Made by a program: the position numbers and the translations under genes
Shown here: in pieces, positions 19,312 through 31,391 of the stretch
Layout: each line of letters starts with the position of its first letter
Numbering within the stretch: position 1 is the stretch's first letter
The notes under the pieces: model-generated
Databases searched by the model: none
The model's input: only the letters and a program-made list of their open reading frames with translations
What the model was told of the DNA's origin: nothing
Source of the DNA: Methanothrix sp.
GTDB lineage: Archaea; Halobacteriota; Methanosarcinia; Methanotrichales; Methanotrichaceae
Direction: 5' to 3'
DNA: 64,000 nucleotides
NCBI GenBank assembly: GCA_963682135.1
Contig: OY821645.1
Span: 192,001-256,000 of the forward strand

Positions 19312-20001
19312 GTGCGATGCATCTTCGTCCTCGATATACTTAATGGTGCTGTTGTCCATGCCGTGCGCGGAGAGAGGAGTCATTATGAGCCTATTGCCGG
19401 CTTTTCTAGAATCGTGTCCACATCCGAGCCGCTGGGCATTTTGCATGAGCTTCGCCCCAGAGAGGTTTACGTCGCCGACCTTAACCTGCTGATGGGTCGA
19501 GGCGATAATTTGGCGGTCATAAGGCAGATTTCGTCTCTGACAAAGACCATGGCAGATACGGGGATTTCCAGGGCCAGCGATCTGGATCGGCTGCCTTCAT
19601 CCGTATCTACGGTACTGGGTACGGAAACCGCCTCGCTGCAGCTCATGCAAGCGGCTGCAAGCAAATACGGGATAATAGTAAGCATTGATATGAAGAAGAG
19701 GAAGGTATTGGCCCGCGATCCCCGGCTAGCCGGGCAGACGCCCTTGCAACTCTTGAAGAGTTTAAACGACCTGAACTTGGAAGGAGTTATCCTTCTAGAG
19801 CTGGATAGGGTGGGCACTTCTGCAGGACTTGATATACCGTTTCTGGAGGAAGCTGGGACAGCTGCCGAGCATCCACTCATACTGGGAGGAGGCGTAAAGG
19901 GGGAGGAAGATCTGTCGGCTTTGGAGGAGATGGGCTTTTCAGGAGCATTGCTGGCAACGGCACTGCACAATGGCCGAATACCAGTGGCGCGAGTGCAGTA
20001 A
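19312..20001 (+). CDS. HisA/HisF-related TIM-barrel protein (C1-cofactor associated)
   Basis: GTG after AAGGAG; VLDILNGAVVHAVRGER, YVADL and ILGGGV motifs. Confidence 0.85.
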   Translation: MRCIFVLDILNGAVVHAVRGERSHYEPIAGFSRIVSTSEPLGILHELRPREVYVADLNLLMGRGDNLAVIRQISSLTKTMADTGISRASDLDRLPSSVSTVLGTETASLQLMQAAASKYGIIVSIDMKKRKVLARDPRLAGQTPLQLLKSLNDLNLEGVILLELDRVGTSAGLDIPFLEEAGTAAEHPLILGGGVKGEEDLSALEEMGFSGALLATALHNGRIPVARVQ

Positions 20002-20013
20002 TTGGAGCGTCCG

Positions 20014-20262
20014 TCATTCCTGCAATAGCATATTATTAACTCTACTTATTGTCTCCTGCATATTTGCGCCTTCCTTAGTTGTTTTATATAATATGTGATT
20101 CTCTTGGCTGGCCTCTAATAGATTATTTTTAATGAGGGTATCCAGATAGGGATTTACGGTTCTGAAGTTGAGGTTGGCTTGGTATACGATTCTTGTCTTG
20201 CTGGCTCCGTTTAAGCATATTTCAAGAATTTTAGAAAATATCTCCTGTTTGCTTCTCTTCAT
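20014..20262 (-). CDS. small winged-helix regulator
   Basis: RSKQEI...KTRIVYQANLNF...YKTTKEG. Confidence 0.85.
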   Translation of the reverse strand: MKRSKQEIFSKILEICLNGASKTRIVYQANLNFRTVNPYLDTLIKNNLLEASQENHILYKTTKEGANMQETISRVNNMLLQE

Positions 20263-20507
20263 GACCTGACTTCCTGTATTTTTCCCTTCTTATTTAGAGA
20301 AGAGATCATCTATGATCATATAGACGATTATGTAAAGTCAGAAACTACAGATCTGACCAACACTATTCTCCTTAACAATGATACGTATCAATGATCACTA
20401 GTAATATCACTGTTCATATCACCGGTCATAGGTGAGAGCTTCAAAAAACTCGATGAGCCATAATTGGCTAATAACAGAATAAACAATATGGCATAGGAGG
20501 CTCCAGC

Positions 20508-21128
20508 TTGGATTACTATTCCCTATATGTGGCTCTTTATCTTGTCGGATTTGCAGCTTTGCATAGTCTTCTTGCCGGTCTGCCGGCAAAGAAGATGGCG
20601 AGAAGGCACTTCGGCTCCAAGGTAGATGCCTGGTACCCTGTATTCTTCAGCACTGTGGCGGTTATTACTATAATTCCTCTTGTGATTATGCTATTTCAGT
20701 CTCCCGGACCGGTGCTGTACACTGTCCCCTATCCCTGGATGTGGCTTTTCTTTCTGGTCCAGCTTCTCATGGGAATTGCCACGCTGAGGGCGTTCCTGGA
20801 TGCGCCGCACCGATTCCTGATTCATGCCCAGCTTGCCAAGCCTCATAGTCCGGATGCATTTGCTCTGGGCATAAAAGGGATCTATTGCTGGGTTCGGGAT
20901 CCTTTCCTGCTTTCCGGCCTTATCCTCATCTGGCTCACACCCATTATGACAGAAAATTTGTTGATGGTTTATATTATAGCCTCCGTCTACCTATTCGTGG
21001 GCTCGCTTCATTGGGAAAGCAGACTTGTCGTCCAGTTTGGCGAGGATTACACTGCCTACCAGGATCAAGTTCCTCGCATGATTCCCCGTGGATTTAAGAA
21101 GTGGCACAAATGTCGCAGCAGCAAATGA
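20508..21128 (+). CDS. ICMT/NnrU/MddA-like membrane methyltransferase
   Basis: FAALHSLLA, GIYCWVRDP and ESRLVVQFGEDY...VPRMIP motifs. Confidence 0.75.
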   Translation: MDYYSLYVALYLVGFAALHSLLAGLPAKKMARRHFGSKVDAWYPVFFSTVAVITIIPLVIMLFQSPGPVLYTVPYPWMWLFFLVQLLMGIATLRAFLDAPHRFLIHAQLAKPHSPDAFALGIKGIYCWVRDPFLLSGLILIWLTPIMTENLLMVYIIASVYLFVGSLHWESRLVVQFGEDYTAYQDQVPRMIPRGFKKWHKCRSSK

Positions 21129-21222
21129 TGGCATTTAATCCAGCCAATAAAATAGAGTCCAAACAGATCCATTAACTTTAAATCTTTCAAGCACATAATT
21201 AATGATAATTGATTAGGGATAG

Positions 21223-21513
21223 GTGGAAGAAATGACGAGCACAATTGATGAATATAAAAGGCTCTTTAGAGAGGCTCACGTCTCAGACCAGATGAAACTG
21301 TTCCAGCTTCACATTGCAATCTATCTGGTAGTGAATATAATTTGGCTGGCTCTAAACATGATGGGCACGATCACGATTACTCCTGCCTGGGCAATGTACT
21401 ACTCACCAGTTGGATGGGGCCTGCTGGTAATTGTGCACTACTGGTTCTATGTACGTGGCGCAGAGAACCTATGCAAACTTCGGGAAGAGATGGTGGAGGC
21501 AAAGATCAGATAG
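21223..21513 (+). CDS. 2TM domain protein
   Basis: FQLHIAIYLVVN...GWGLLVIVH. Confidence 0.8.
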   Translation: MEEMTSTIDEYKRLFREAHVSDQMKLFQLHIAIYLVVNIIWLALNMMGTITITPAWAMYYSPVGWGLLVIVHYWFYVRGAENLCKLREEMVEAKIR

Positions 21514-21801
21514 ATCTGCACCTCGCCTTTGCCGTTATTTTTTTCACATGGGTTGTGAAAAGCCATACGGTTGGCATTAAATATATTAGCTGCTTATGCT
21601 ATTTTGATTCCATTGCTACCCCATATCAATTATACAATGAGGTAGCATTAAAATATTTCAGTAAAAGAAGTACACAACCAAGATTAGTGGCAAATCATGA
21701 AAGGAGGCATATAAGAACGCGGGTCCCCAGATTAAAGATAGTCTCTCATGAATCGGGATTTGTGTAGGGCTACAAGGGCGAATCATAATGCTTCCGTCAC
21801 C

Positions 21802-22788
21802 TCACCCCTCCACCCTCGCCACCCCGTCTTCCACCCTGACCCAAACCGATCCGTATCCCTTCAGTGACGGCCTGAAGGCGGGCTCGGAGTTGGCCATTTG
21901 CGCCCTGACCAGTGGGTCGTAGTATTCAATGGTCCATGAACCGTTTTGCTGCGAGGTAGCATTAATAGCCACGGCATAAGCTCTCCAGTAAAAGAGCTTG
22001 ACTTGCGGCAGTCTCTCGCCCGCACCTATGGCAGCCTTCGCCTGGGTGAGGCTGGAGGCCACGGTTATCCTGGCAAAGGTCGAGCGGTTGGTGACTTTTC
22101 CCATGAGTGAGTCATACTTATAAACCTGGAACTGATGGCTGTCATTCTCCAAAACGACCCACGAGAAAGGATTGGAATCCGGGTAGACCCTTGCGTTCTG
22201 GCCATCGAAAAAGCTCTCTGCCGATGCTTTCCCCTCAATTCTTATCCCGCCCATGATCACGAAAAATAGCACAAATATTAATAGTATATTTTTATTAAAC
22301 TTTATTCTGTGCCGCTCTCTGATCAGCTCGGCTAAAACCAGCAGGCTGGCAATAAGGGCCGCCGGCTCTATTTGGGAGAAGATGTCAGCCGAATACCTGG
22401 CTGCCTGCCAGGGATAAAAGAGTGGAGCGCCTCTTGTGGTGGTATAGTCCACAAGGAGATGCATGAGGACTCCGGCATAGAGAAAGGCCAGGCTTTTTGC
22501 GGAAAATTCAAGATCATATTTAATGAACCGGCCAAGAAAGGCTTTGATCTGCTCACGGGATGCGAGATAGAAGATAAACAGAGCGAAGAAGAAGCCAAAG
22601 AAGAGAGTATGGGTGATTCCTCTGTGCACCAGGAGTAGAGTGGTCGGATAGACGTTATTGATCAAAGAGAGAGAGACATCCAGGTCGGGTGCGATCCCGC
22701 CCAGCACCAGGGCCGCAAGGAGCCTTTTATCAAGGCCGAGATAGCTGCCCAGCAGGTAGGGCAGCAATGCATGGGAAAAGAGGTCCAT
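21802..22788 (-). CDS. membrane metal-dependent hydrolase (YdjM family)
   Basis: SHAL, PDLD, HRGITHT and HLLVD motifs. Confidence 0.88.
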   Translation of the reverse strand: MDLFSHALLPYLLGSYLGLDKRLLAALVLGGIAPDLDVSLSLINNVYPTTLLLVHRGITHTLFFGFFFALFIFYLASREQIKAFLGRFIKYDLEFSAKSLAFLYAGVLMHLLVDYTTTRGAPLFYPWQAARYSADIFSQIEPAALIASLLVLAELIRERHRIKFNKNILLIFVLFFVIMGGIRIEGKASAESFFDGQNARVYPDSNPFSWVVLENDSHQFQVYKYDSLMGKVTNRSTFARITVASSLTQAKAAIGAGERLPQVKLFYWRAYAVAINATSQQNGSWTIEYYDPLVRAQMANSEPAFRPSLKGYGSVWVRVEDGVARVEG

Positions 22789-22900
22789 TCCGTTATTCCT
22801 TGATCATTGTCTTATTTTTCTCTTGCGGCCAGGCAATTTGTGCATATCATTTTTTATTTCGAAAAAATGAATAGCAAGAAACCTCAAATGGGTTAATTGC

Positions 22901-23728
22901 CTATTCAAGACTCTTGTTGCTCAGCAATCTGCCGGCCAGGAGGGCTGTTGTGCCGTCCGGGATTGTCTGCAGATCATCGGAAGTGTTTATCTGCAGTTTT
23001 GTCCTGCTCATATTTTCGGAAAGAGCCGTCGTCTGATCGGCAAGCAAGCTCGAATTGATCGTTAAATCGGGCTGCATAGCTGCCTCTGGCGAGAAAGCCG
23101 GATAGGGCATTATCATCAGGCAGGGCCCCTCGCCGCTCTCTCGTGGCAGGAATGATATTTGCGCGCTGCTGTTGCTGATGGCCTCCAGGAGGAAGGATAT
23201 CCTGTCCCCTTCATCTAAGGCATCTCTCAGCTTTTGGGAGACATCAAAGGCAAAGATGCGATCGCCATCGGTGTTGCTGCTCATGAGGGTGGCATCGTTC
23301 TTCTTGATGATATTCCAGGCGGGAAGGATATTGACCAGAAATGTGGTATAGTCCGAACTTTCATCCCAATCCGAGCCGATGGACATCAACGCCACCATGG
23401 CAGGATCGCCCTGGGTTTGCATGGATCTGGCTTTGAGCACCAGAACTGCAACATCGTTATCTGTGATATTAATGCCGGAAATGTTGAATTGAATTACAGG
23501 AGCGCCGGGATAGCTGGTCCTCTCTGTCTCTTTGCCATCCGTTACATCAACGGCACATAGAAGCGCCTCAGTTTGATTATAAACCGAGACCCGGTTTTCT
23601 CCCATGCTTATGTAAACATCCTGCGAAGCAGGAATGGCAGTCATATCGCTCTTTGCAGCATCCTCGCCCTGCGCGCTGCCGGCGAGAATTGCCGCCAGCA
23701 GCAATAGTATTAACCCCCTTCTCATCAT
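22901..23728 (-). CDS. secreted hypothetical protein (CBM96/DNRLRE-like)
   Basis: Signal peptide; ASQDVYI, FDVS and FLPRESGEGPCL motifs. Confidence 0.6.
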   Translation of the reverse strand: MMRRGLILLLLAAILAGSAQGEDAAKSDMTAIPASQDVYISMGENRVSVYNQTEALLCAVDVTDGKETERTSYPGAPVIQFNISGINITDNDVAVLVLKARSMQTQGDPAMVALMSIGSDWDESSDYTTFLVNILPAWNIIKKNDATLMSSNTDGDRIFAFDVSQKLRDALDEGDRISFLLEAISNSSAQISFLPRESGEGPCLMIMPYPAFSPEAAMQPDLTINSSLLADQTTALSENMSRTKLQINTSDDLQTIPDGTTALLAGRLLSNKSLE

Positions 23729-23809
23729 TATCTCATCCCCTTTTTTCAGTAATCTATCTATCTGATTCATATTTAAATTTTTAGATACAGATTGGAATTC
23801 CGATTCGGC

Positions 23810-26800
23810 TTACATGAAGTCTGCCAGCCCGGTCTGCTTGGCCTTATCGTTCTTGAAGAGGGAGTTGATCTCGATCTTCAGAAGCTGCAGTCTCTGCTTG
23901 GTGTAGCTGCTCACACCGTACTCCTCTGCCACCTTAATGGAGACCTCCAGATATTTCCTGACACTGCCCTCATGCACTGTGAGGATAATCCTGCCGCCGC
24001 ACTTGGGACAGGTCTCTTTCAAAGGAGGTCGCCGGAATTTGGCTCCGCACTTCACACACCTCACCTTCTGCTTGGAGAAGGCATGCAGATTGCCGATCAG
24101 ATCGGGAAGAAAGTGGGAGTTGATTACCCGTTCCGCTACATCCTGCTCATCCACCGCCCGGATCATGCGCCCCAGCTCCAGCTGGGCATCCATCTTGTCG
24201 ATCATGGTCTCCAGGGTCTTGTAGGCACTGTTCTTGGGGCCGGCGGCGATATCCGTTGTGGCGTGGCTGAAATTGAAGCCCACATACTGGGCATCAGATC
24301 CCAGCCTCTTGGATACCAGATCAAATTTTTTCTCCATGTCTTTGGGGTTGCCACCCAGGAGGGTGGCTTCATAAAACTCCAGAGGATAGACGGTTGTCAG
24401 ATCGAGGTTATGAGCCTCTTTATCAACTTCTGATGGATTGAGGATGGTGGTCATGACCAGGCAGGCATCCATCTTTCCTCCTCGCTTGGCAGGAAGGTAA
24501 GACATGGAGAAGTTGAGCAGCGCATCCATGAGCAGCATCACGCAGTCCTCATCCCCGTCGCAGTTGCGCCTCTTGGCGGCATGAAAGAAGGGATGGCCAA
24601 AGCCGGCTGAGGCAGGACTGTAACCGATGAGGCGGCAGAGCACTCCTGCTGAGGTGTGGGGAGCAAGGCCTATCATGAGGGTGCCGATCAGGTCAGCCGG
24701 AGTCAACGCATTGTAGTATGGCGCAAGGCCGTAGAACTTGACGAGAAGCTCATCCACGAATTTGGCCACTTTGACCAGGTATTCCCCGGCATCCACTGCC
24801 AAAATTATGTCCTGCACGCGAAGCTCGCAGACCTGATCCGATGTCGTCAGGGGAAGGTCGTGCATGTCCTCGGTGTAGCCCAAACCGCACAAGATTTCTG
24901 GGCTGGTGCCGATCTCATCCGGGCGGAAGTGAGTAAGGGGCAGATCGGTCAAATCGTATCGCACTGTGCCGTCTTTGAAGATGTTCACGCCATGTTTGGC
25001 ACGCAGTATGCCTTTCTCCAGAGGCTCGGGAGTTTTATCCCGAGAGGAGAGGCCCAGGACGCCCTTGAGCGACTCCGGTTCCCGCTCGCCCAAATTCTCC
25101 AGAGCCTGATGATACAGCTTCTTTACATCGATCTGCATCTTGGCCACGGCCGTTGTCTCTTTATCGCACTTGGGGCACTTATCCGGAGCGGGAATGTTGC
25201 ACTTGGGGCAGACCCTCTTTTTTTCTGTGTGGCTGCCGCATTCGCAGCGGAAGGAAAAGCCCTCTTTGCCGCAGGCTTTGCATACCCTCCGCTCGATCTC
25301 CACATTGATGATGCCGGTGGTATTGCTTGTGGAGTGCTTGGCGGCCTCTTGAATGGATCTTGATTTGCCGCCTTCTTCTCCTGCCGGAAAGAGCACATGC
25401 GGTGGTGGGCGCATCAATCGTTTATCCGATTTCTCGGGCCGGCCCATGCGAGCACCGATGCGCGTGGGAGCCCGAGCGCGAACGACCAGACCGGAAAGTT
25501 CATTGACCAGTTCTAATGCAGAGCCTTCTTTCTTTTCGCCTTCATTTCCTTCGTTATTACCTTCAGCCTTTTGAATGCTGCATTTCTTCAGGGCCTCGCC
25601 ATCAGGCTCCAATCCCAGGCAGAGCAAGAGCGGCAATGGATCTTCGATGATGATCTTTCCGGCTCTGACTTTGTGGAGTACCAGCAGCTTCTCCAGTGCT
25701 TGCTTGGCTGTTAGGGGGAGTCGGAGGGTTTTGGATTCAAGAACGCCTTCAGAGAATGCCAGAGTGGCAAGCTCCTCATACTCCTGCCGGGAAAGATCAT
25801 GCCACAGATAGGTATGAGCCGGATGGAGGGGCACGCCGTATTCCCGGCACAAAGCAATGGCTTCCTGTCCGTCGATCTTCTCTTTGCCGACGGGATCTCC
25901 GCCTGCCTTGAGCATCTCCTCCGCCCACCACTCAAAAGCATAGGAGGCGACAGCCAGAGGTCGATTGTTTTCCAGGAACTCGCCGTAGCTGATTAAAATT
26001 TCACCTATATCTAAAATGCTCGATATATGGGCTTTGAGCGCCGTATGAATGGTCCTGGGATCTTTGCAGCTCTTGGGCATCCATTGCAAAATATCCTGAT
26101 CGCAATCGATGCGAACCACGTCGCCGTTTAAGAGCCTCACCGTCGGCCCCTCTATGGAGTCGACGGGAGCCACAGCCGCAGCTTTTCCCGGCTGCTCCAC
26201 CTTGATCTGGGTTCCGGCAGCCATGAACTGGCCCAGGAGCATCATGGTAGCGGGGTTGATGCCGGCGGCTGCAAGGCCCGTATTTCTGGCCCGCCCGTAA
26301 CGCAATCGAAAGCCGCCTGCCCGGGAAGGATGGGAAAAGACGGGACGTCCTGCAATCAGATCCCGCAAGAACTTGGGGGTTGAGTCTCCTCCGTCTTTTT
26401 TGCCGCTGGAGAGTGTATCGAGCCACTCCCAGCCCGTGATGCCCAATTTGGTGACGTGCTTCTTGAGTTTGGGCCTCTTCAGGGCTATTCCCTCAGCTGA
26501 GACAAGAGCTATGCCGCCCCTCACGCGGTTGGTCTCGATCCTGGGAAGGTCGCGGTATCCTGATACCTCTTCTTCTTCGGTGGGCTCGCCCTCTATGCAG
26601 ATGGGGCAGTTGCGCACAATGATTCGAATCTCGTCATCGGAGGGAGAATACTGCAGTCCGGCTACGCGTTTGTATAGGCCGATCTCCTCTACATAGCGTT
26701 CCACCTCTTCGGGCCTCGGTTTCCAGGGAGCGATGCCCATGGCTCTTCTCACATAATCGGCCACGAGAACGGAGAGAGCCTGAGCGGTTCCGCCTGCAGA

Positions 26801-27229
26801 ACGAATGGGACCGGCATAGTAGACCTTGAGATATTCAGTTCCGTCATCATTCTTTCCCATATCCACGCGAGCTATTCCTTCTATGGGGGCAGCCACCACG
26901 CCCTCGGTCAGCAGGGCCACAGAAGTTCTGATAGCGTTTTCTACCGACTGAATCTTGCTGGCGCCCTTTCCCAGACGCCCTTCTGCAAAATCTATGCCTA
27001 TGGCTAAAGCCGCTTCTTCCCGGCTCAAGCCCTTCTCTTCCAGCTCCCGAACGCGCACCGCAATGCCGGGAATGCCAATCAGCTTCTCTACTCTTTCCGC
27101 CAGGTCTACTGCCAGCGGTATCTCAACATCGGTGGTGGGGTCCAGTCCACGGCTTCTTGCTGCCTGGGCTATCTGCATGGCGTTTTTAAGGCCCTGCTCT
27201 AGATGCTCGAAGTATTCGGAATTTTTCAT
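23810..27229 (-). CDS. polC: DNA polymerase D large subunit DP2
   Basis: 1139 aa; [19 protein letters not shown] and [13 protein letters not shown] motifs; Zn fingers; no intein. Confidence 0.98.
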   Translation of the reverse strand: MKNSEYFEHLEQGLKNAMQIAQAARSRGLDPTTDVEIPLAVDLAERVEKLIGIPGIAVRVRELEEKGLSREEAALAIGIDFAEGRLGKGASKIQSVENAIRTSVALLTEGVVAAPIEGIARVDMGKNDDGTEYLKVYYAGPIRSAGGTAQALSVLVADYVRRAMGIAPWKPRPEEVERYVEEIGLYKRVAGLQYSPSDDEIRIIVRNCPICIEGEPTEEEEVSGYRDLPRIETNRVRGGIALVSAEGIALKRPKLKKHVTKLGITGWEWLDTLSSGKKDGGDSTPKFLRDLIAGRPVFSHPSRAGGFRLRYGRARNTGLAAAGINPATMMLLGQFMAAGTQIKVEQPGKAAAVAPVDSIEGPTVRLLNGDVVRIDCDQDILQWMPKSCKDPRTIHTALKAHISSILDIGEILISYGEFLENNRPLAVASYAFEWWAEEMLKAGGDPVGKEKIDGQEAIALCREYGVPLHPAHTYLWHDLSRQEYEELATLAFSEGVLESKTLRLPLTAKQALEKLLVLHKVRAGKIIIEDPLPLLLCLGLEPDGEALKKCSIQKAEGNNEGNEGEKKEGSALELVNELSGLVVRARAPTRIGARMGRPEKSDKRLMRPPPHVLFPAGEEGGKSRSIQEAAKHSTSNTTGIINVEIERRVCKACGKEGFSFRCECGSHTEKKRVCPKCNIPAPDKCPKCDKETTAVAKMQIDVKKLYHQALENLGEREPESLKGVLGLSSRDKTPEPLEKGILRAKHGVNIFKDGTVRYDLTDLPLTHFRPDEIGTSPEILCGLGYTEDMHDLPLTTSDQVCELRVQDIILAVDAGEYLVKVAKFVDELLVKFYGLAPYYNALTPADLIGTLMIGLAPHTSAGVLCRLIGYSPASAGFGHPFFHAAKRRNCDGDEDCVMLLMDALLNFSMSYLPAKRGGKMDACLVMTTILNPSEVDKEAHNLDLTTVYPLEFYEATLLGGNPKDMEKKFDLVSKRLGSDAQYVGFNFSHATTDIAAGPKNSAYKTLETMIDKMDAQLELGRMIRAVDEQDVAERVINSHFLPDLIGNLHAFSKQKVRCVKCGAKFRRPPLKETCPKCGGRIILTVHEGSVRKYLEVSIKVAEEYGVSSYTKQRLQLLKIEINSLFKNDKAKQTGLADFM

Positions 27230-27657
27230 TATTCTTTACCCCATAGATTCAGGCCCGTGACAGAATCAGGGACTCTTATCAGGGGCAGGCCGGAAAGCTC
27301 CTGCAAATATAGTTCGGCGGCAAAGATGGTGCCAAAGGTCAAATGGCCGCCCCACGCTCTTCCCGTCCTGTCCGATAGAACGGCGTGAGCATGCACGAAG
27401 GGCCGGCCGTCCTTCAAGGATATATTTCCAGAGCAAGATGCCAATTCCACTGGTTCTTCCAGGGAGACTTCGCCGTATTCATGAGAAATCTGATCGTAGC
27501 AAGCCAGCTTTGCCCGAGAGAGAGCACCTATAGCGCTCAGAATGCCGGTCTCAATTCCATTCTCTTCAGCCAGATGGGTGAACTGGCTGATAATATCCTC
27601 TTCGTGATCGAGCCTGGCACAGATGATGCGGCCTTGTCTGAAATTCCTGATAAGCAT
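27229..27657 (-). CDS. PPC/DUF296 domain protein
   Basis: SAIGA, HAHAVL and GGHL motifs. Confidence 0.9.
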   Translation of the reverse strand: MLIRNFRQGRIICARLDHEEDIISQFTHLAEENGIETGILSAIGALSRAKLACYDQISHEYGEVSLEEPVELASCSGNISLKDGRPFVHAHAVLSDRTGRAWGGHLTFGTIFAAELYLQELSGLPLIRVPDSVTGLNLWGKE

Positions 27658-28171
27658 TAATTATCCTCTATCTACCAACGATGCATGAGATCATAATGCT
27701 TTCGTAATATCTGCATGTTGGAAAGTGAGTTCTGCTTTTCTCCACTTTTATGGATAATATTAAAACGGGACCTCATTGATGGAAATTGGTCGCTTGATCT
27801 CTTTTTAAGCAAACTTTATAAAATATATTGCCCATCAACCCCTCAGCTTCGCGTGGGGTTATGCCATGACTTAGATCGGTTGCATGCAAGAAATTTACAT
27901 TTACTTATTATTATTTTTTATTAACTCACAGATTTCCTATAGCTGTAGGAACTATAAAAATTTTTTTGTGCCATTTTTCCTGTGGAATCCTTCCTGGCAG
28001 AGAATCTTCTCTCCCGAAGGCGGGACTTTCCATTCTCGGCCAGGAGTTTAAAAACTTTGCGCCATCTCGCCATCTCTCACTCAATGCCTCACTCAATGCC
28101 TCATTTAAAGTCCCACTAATAATATCTCTCAAAGCGTCATCTATTTTTGATGTGAGATCCAATAATCTGCG

Positions 28172-29134
28172 ATGAATCTGGAGTCTCTGGCATCCCAACT
28201 GCGAGGATTTGTAGGCATCACTCGCAAAAAGCAGATAGGCAGCCTCATGCAGTTCTTTCCCATAGAGTCTGAGCGCATCATCGCCTCCTTTGGTGAGGAT
28301 GCAGCCGTGATTGACGACGGGGAGGAGGTCATGCTCCTGGCGGCGGACGGCATCTGGTCCAAGCTCATGCAGGTCGATCCGGAGTGGTCCGGCTACTGTT
28401 CCGTCCTGGTCAATGTGCACGATATCGCGGCTATGGGCGGCTGGCCGGTGGCCATGGTGGATGTGCTCTCCGTGGACAACCAGGAGATAGCAGAGCAGGT
28501 CCTGCGAGGCATGAAGAAAGCAATAGAAAAATTTCAGGTGCCAATCGTCGGCGGGCATCTGCATCCGGACACGCCCTACAGTGCTCTGGACGTCTCCATT
28601 CTGGGCAAAGCAAAGAAGAGCGGTGTCATCCTGAGCAGCACTGCCCGAGAAGGTGAGGTGGTAGTGGCTGCCGCCGATATGGATGGCCATCCGCATGCCA
28701 AATTCTCCATAAACTTCGACTCCACCAGCTTCAAGGACAGCAAGACCCTGCTCACACAACTGGGATGTATGCAGGAGCTGGGCGAGAGGGGGCTGGTCAA
28801 GGCGGGCAAAGATATCAGCAATCCGGGACTGCTGGGAACCCTGGGTATGCTGCTAGAGACAAGCCGGGTGGGCGCAGTGGTGGATGTGGAGAAGATAGCC
28901 GTTCCCGCCGGCCTGGATCTGGCAAGCTGGCTGAAGATGTATCCGGGAATGGGATTTGTCGTGACTGCAAAACCCGAAAACGCGCCGGCCGTCCTGGAGG
29001 TATTCGAAAGGCGCGGCCTGACGGCAAGGGTGATTGGACGGGTCACCAAGCAGAGAAAGCTCGTCATTTCCCTGGGCGAGGAAGAGACTGTGCTCTTTGA
29101 TCTGGAAAAGGAGTGCGTAACCGGAATTCACTGA
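28172..29134 (+). CDS. methanogenesis marker 2 protein (PurM-like)
   Basis: GITRK, GEDAA, VNVHDIAAMGG and GKDISNPG motifs. Confidence 0.9.
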   Translation: MNLESLASQLRGFVGITRKKQIGSLMQFFPIESERIIASFGEDAAVIDDGEEVMLLAADGIWSKLMQVDPEWSGYCSVLVNVHDIAAMGGWPVAMVDVLSVDNQEIAEQVLRGMKKAIEKFQVPIVGGHLHPDTPYSALDVSILGKAKKSGVILSSTAREGEVVVAAADMDGHPHAKFSINFDSTSFKDSKTLLTQLGCMQELGERGLVKAGKDISNPGLLGTLGMLLETSRVGAVVDVEKIAVPAGLDLASWLKMYPGMGFVVTAKPENAPAVLEVFERRGLTARVIGRVTKQRKLVISLGEEETVLFDLEKECVTGIH

Positions 29135-29135
29135 T

Positions 29136-29957
29136 ATGGACGCAGACTTCGTAAGCTTACTGAAGCAAACGGCAAAAGCCAGGCGGGCTCGCATCGGCAT
29201 AGGCATCTGGAAGGCAGACGCAGAGCTTATCGCCTCTCTGCAGTCGGCCAGCGAATATGCCGATCTGGTCATGGTGGGCGACCCATGTTGCGACTGCTCA
29301 CTTGATTATATCGCCAGCAAAGAGCCCTGGAAGGAGCTGGTGCGTCTTTTGGCTGAGGGGGAAATTGATGGCGCCGTGAGGGGGAACCTTCCCGCGGGAA
29401 GGACCATGCGTGCCCTGGCGGAGCAGTTTAAGATCCGCGTGCGGCGTTTGGCTCTGCTGGAGGTCTCAGGATGGGCTTTCCTCTTGGGGCCGGTGGGCAT
29501 CGATGAGGGTGAGACTGCGGCTGATCGTCTGGAGCTATTGCTGGGCGGCGGTAGATTTCTGCAGGAGATGGGCCTGCAGGCGAAGGCGGCCGTGCTCTCC
29601 GGTGGCAGGATGGAGGACAGGGGCCGCTGCGAGCGCGTGGACCGAAGCCTTCTGGAAGGCGAGCTGATCGCCGCCCAGGCAGAAGAAGCCGGTCTCGTGG
29701 CGAAGCACAAAGGGATACTCATTGAAAGCTGCCGGGGGGATGATATTGTCATTGCGCCCGAGGGAGTATCCGGCAACCTCATCTTCCGCACGCTATTACT
29801 ATTATGCAAAGCTTCTTCCTACGGCGCGCCGGTGCTGATGGACCGGGTATTCGTGGATTCCAGCCGGGCCAGGGAGGGATTTGACGGGCCGGTGATGCTG
29901 GCAAGTGCCATGACAGGCATGAGAGAGAGGAATGGTACTAAAATCGAGTTCAAATGA
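29136..29957 (+). CDS. mtxX: methanogenesis marker 4 (MtxX) protein
   Basis: DGAVRG, PVGIDEG, SGGRMED, SGNLIFRT and VDSSR motifs. Confidence 0.85.
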   Translation: MDADFVSLLKQTAKARRARIGIGIWKADAELIASLQSASEYADLVMVGDPCCDCSLDYIASKEPWKELVRLLAEGEIDGAVRGNLPAGRTMRALAEQFKIRVRRLALLEVSGWAFLLGPVGIDEGETAADRLELLLGGGRFLQEMGLQAKAAVLSGGRMEDRGRCERVDRSLLEGELIAAQAEEAGLVAKHKGILIESCRGDDIVIAPEGVSGNLIFRTLLLLCKASSYGAPVLMDRVFVDSSRAREGFDGPVMLASAMTGMRERNGTKIEFK

Positions 29958-30005
29958 GATCTATTATTATGATGAATAACACATATATCTTCTAATATTT
30001 CCTTT

Positions 30006-31391
30006 TCAGTCCGATGATATATTGATTATCAGGGAACTGGACCATCCTGAAGTAGCTCCCTTATCATCCAGGGCCATGGCTTTGACCTGGTAGGTTCCAG
30101 CCTGACCCCATTTGTGAGATACGCTCTCATTCTTCCCCGAATCAATGAAGTCCAAGCCGGTCCAGGAAGTTGTCTTATCTCCCCAGTCGAAGACATACTT
30201 GACCGGGTCTCCATCCGGATCGTTTGCAGATGTGGCATATTTGTAAGTCATCATGCGTCTTCCACTGGTCGGTCCCGATGGAGGGATGGGAGAATTTGGC
30301 GGATCATTGTCGCGAATTGTCACATTCATTAGATTTATCCACCCAGATGATGCGCCTTTGCTGTCTGTAGCTTTGGCTAGGACCTGGTAGCATCCTGCTC
30401 TGACCCAGGTATGAGATGCGCTTTCCAAGCAGCCGGATTCGACCATCTTTGTTGAGGAGGACGCCCCATCACCCCAATCGTAGCTGTAGCTGATATTGTC
30501 ACCATCGACATCTTTGGCCATTGTAAAGTAGCTATGTGCGAGTCCTTTGTAACCGAAGCTCGGGCCGAATAGTTCCGTTGGCTTATTGGGTTTGTTGTTA
30601 GCAATGACGGTGACTGTCAGATCTTCTGACCAATTTGATGCGGCTCCCCATCGATCCCTGGCAATGACTCTGATCCGGTAGTCTCCAGCTCTGCTCCAAC
30701 TGTGCACCGCACTTGCATTGCCTGCGGAGCTGGTCAGATTGGTGCGGGATGTATTTTTATCTCCCCAGTCGAAGGTGTACTCCACTTCATCTCCGTCAGG
30801 ATCGGATGCGAATGAACTGTAAGCATATTCGGACCAGGCGTAGATCGATCCCGGTCCGGATGGTGCGGAGGGTTTATCGGGAGGCATATTTATGGTGATT
30901 TCAAGGGGCGCAGACCATGGAGATAGCGCACCCTTGCTATCAGTGGCCATGGCTGTGATCCTGTATCTCCCTGCCTTGCTCCAGTTGTGACTGGCATTTG
31001 CGGCTAGTCCCGAGTGCAAGAGCGGCGTGCTCGATTCAGTCTCGTCGCCCCAGTTGAACGTGTATCTCAGCTGATCGCCATCCGGATCGATGGCTTGGAC
31101 GAGAAAGCTATACGATGCTCCAGGAACGCCATTGGCTGATCCCTCTGGGATGAGGGGCATTTGCGGAGGATGGTTGCGAATTTCCGGGCAGATCAATGGT
31201 CCAGGACAGCAGGGCATGATGCCATAGTTCGCAGTCCAATGTAGCAGTCTGACTGCATCAAAGGCTGATTCACGAAAACCATTGCTCACATTTTCTGAGC
31301 AAAGAGATCCCTGTGAAAATATGATGGATGACCCGAGCAATGTCAAAACAATGAAAAGCCTTACTTTGCGGCCAAACTTCTTTTGGGACAC
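30006..31391 (-). CDS. secreted PKD-repeat protein
   Basis: Four DxDGD...YxFxWGD...SHxW repeats. Confidence 0.88.
   Translation of the reverse strand: MSQKKFGRKVRLFIVLTLLGSSIIFSQGSLCSENVSNGFRESAFDAVRLLHWTANYGIMPCCPGPLICPEIRNHPPQMPLIPEGSANGVPGASYSFLVQAIDPDGDQLRYTFNWGDETESSTPLLHSGLAANASHNWSKAGRYRITAMATDSKGALSPWSAPLEITINMPPDKPSAPSGPGSIYAWSEYAYSSFASDPDGDEVEYTFDWGDKNTSRTNLTSSAGNASAVHSWSRAGDYRIRVIARDRWGAASNWSEDLTVTVIANNKPNKPTELFGPSFGYKGLAHSYFTMAKDVDGDNISYSYDWGDGASSSTKMVESGCLESASHTWVRAGCYQVLAKATDSKGASSGWINLMNVTIRDNDPPNSPIPPSGPTSGRRMMTYKYATSANDPDGDPVKYVFDWGDKTTSWTGLDFIDSGKNESVSHKWGQAGTYQVKAMALDDKGATSGWSSSLIINISSD

Noticed and set aside
23810-27229. Intein in DP2
   Set aside because: Normal length, and the usual insertion site [13 protein letters not shown] is uninterrupted
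28078-28104. 12-bp tandem cactcaatgcct
   Set aside because: Only two copies; an ordinary local duplication
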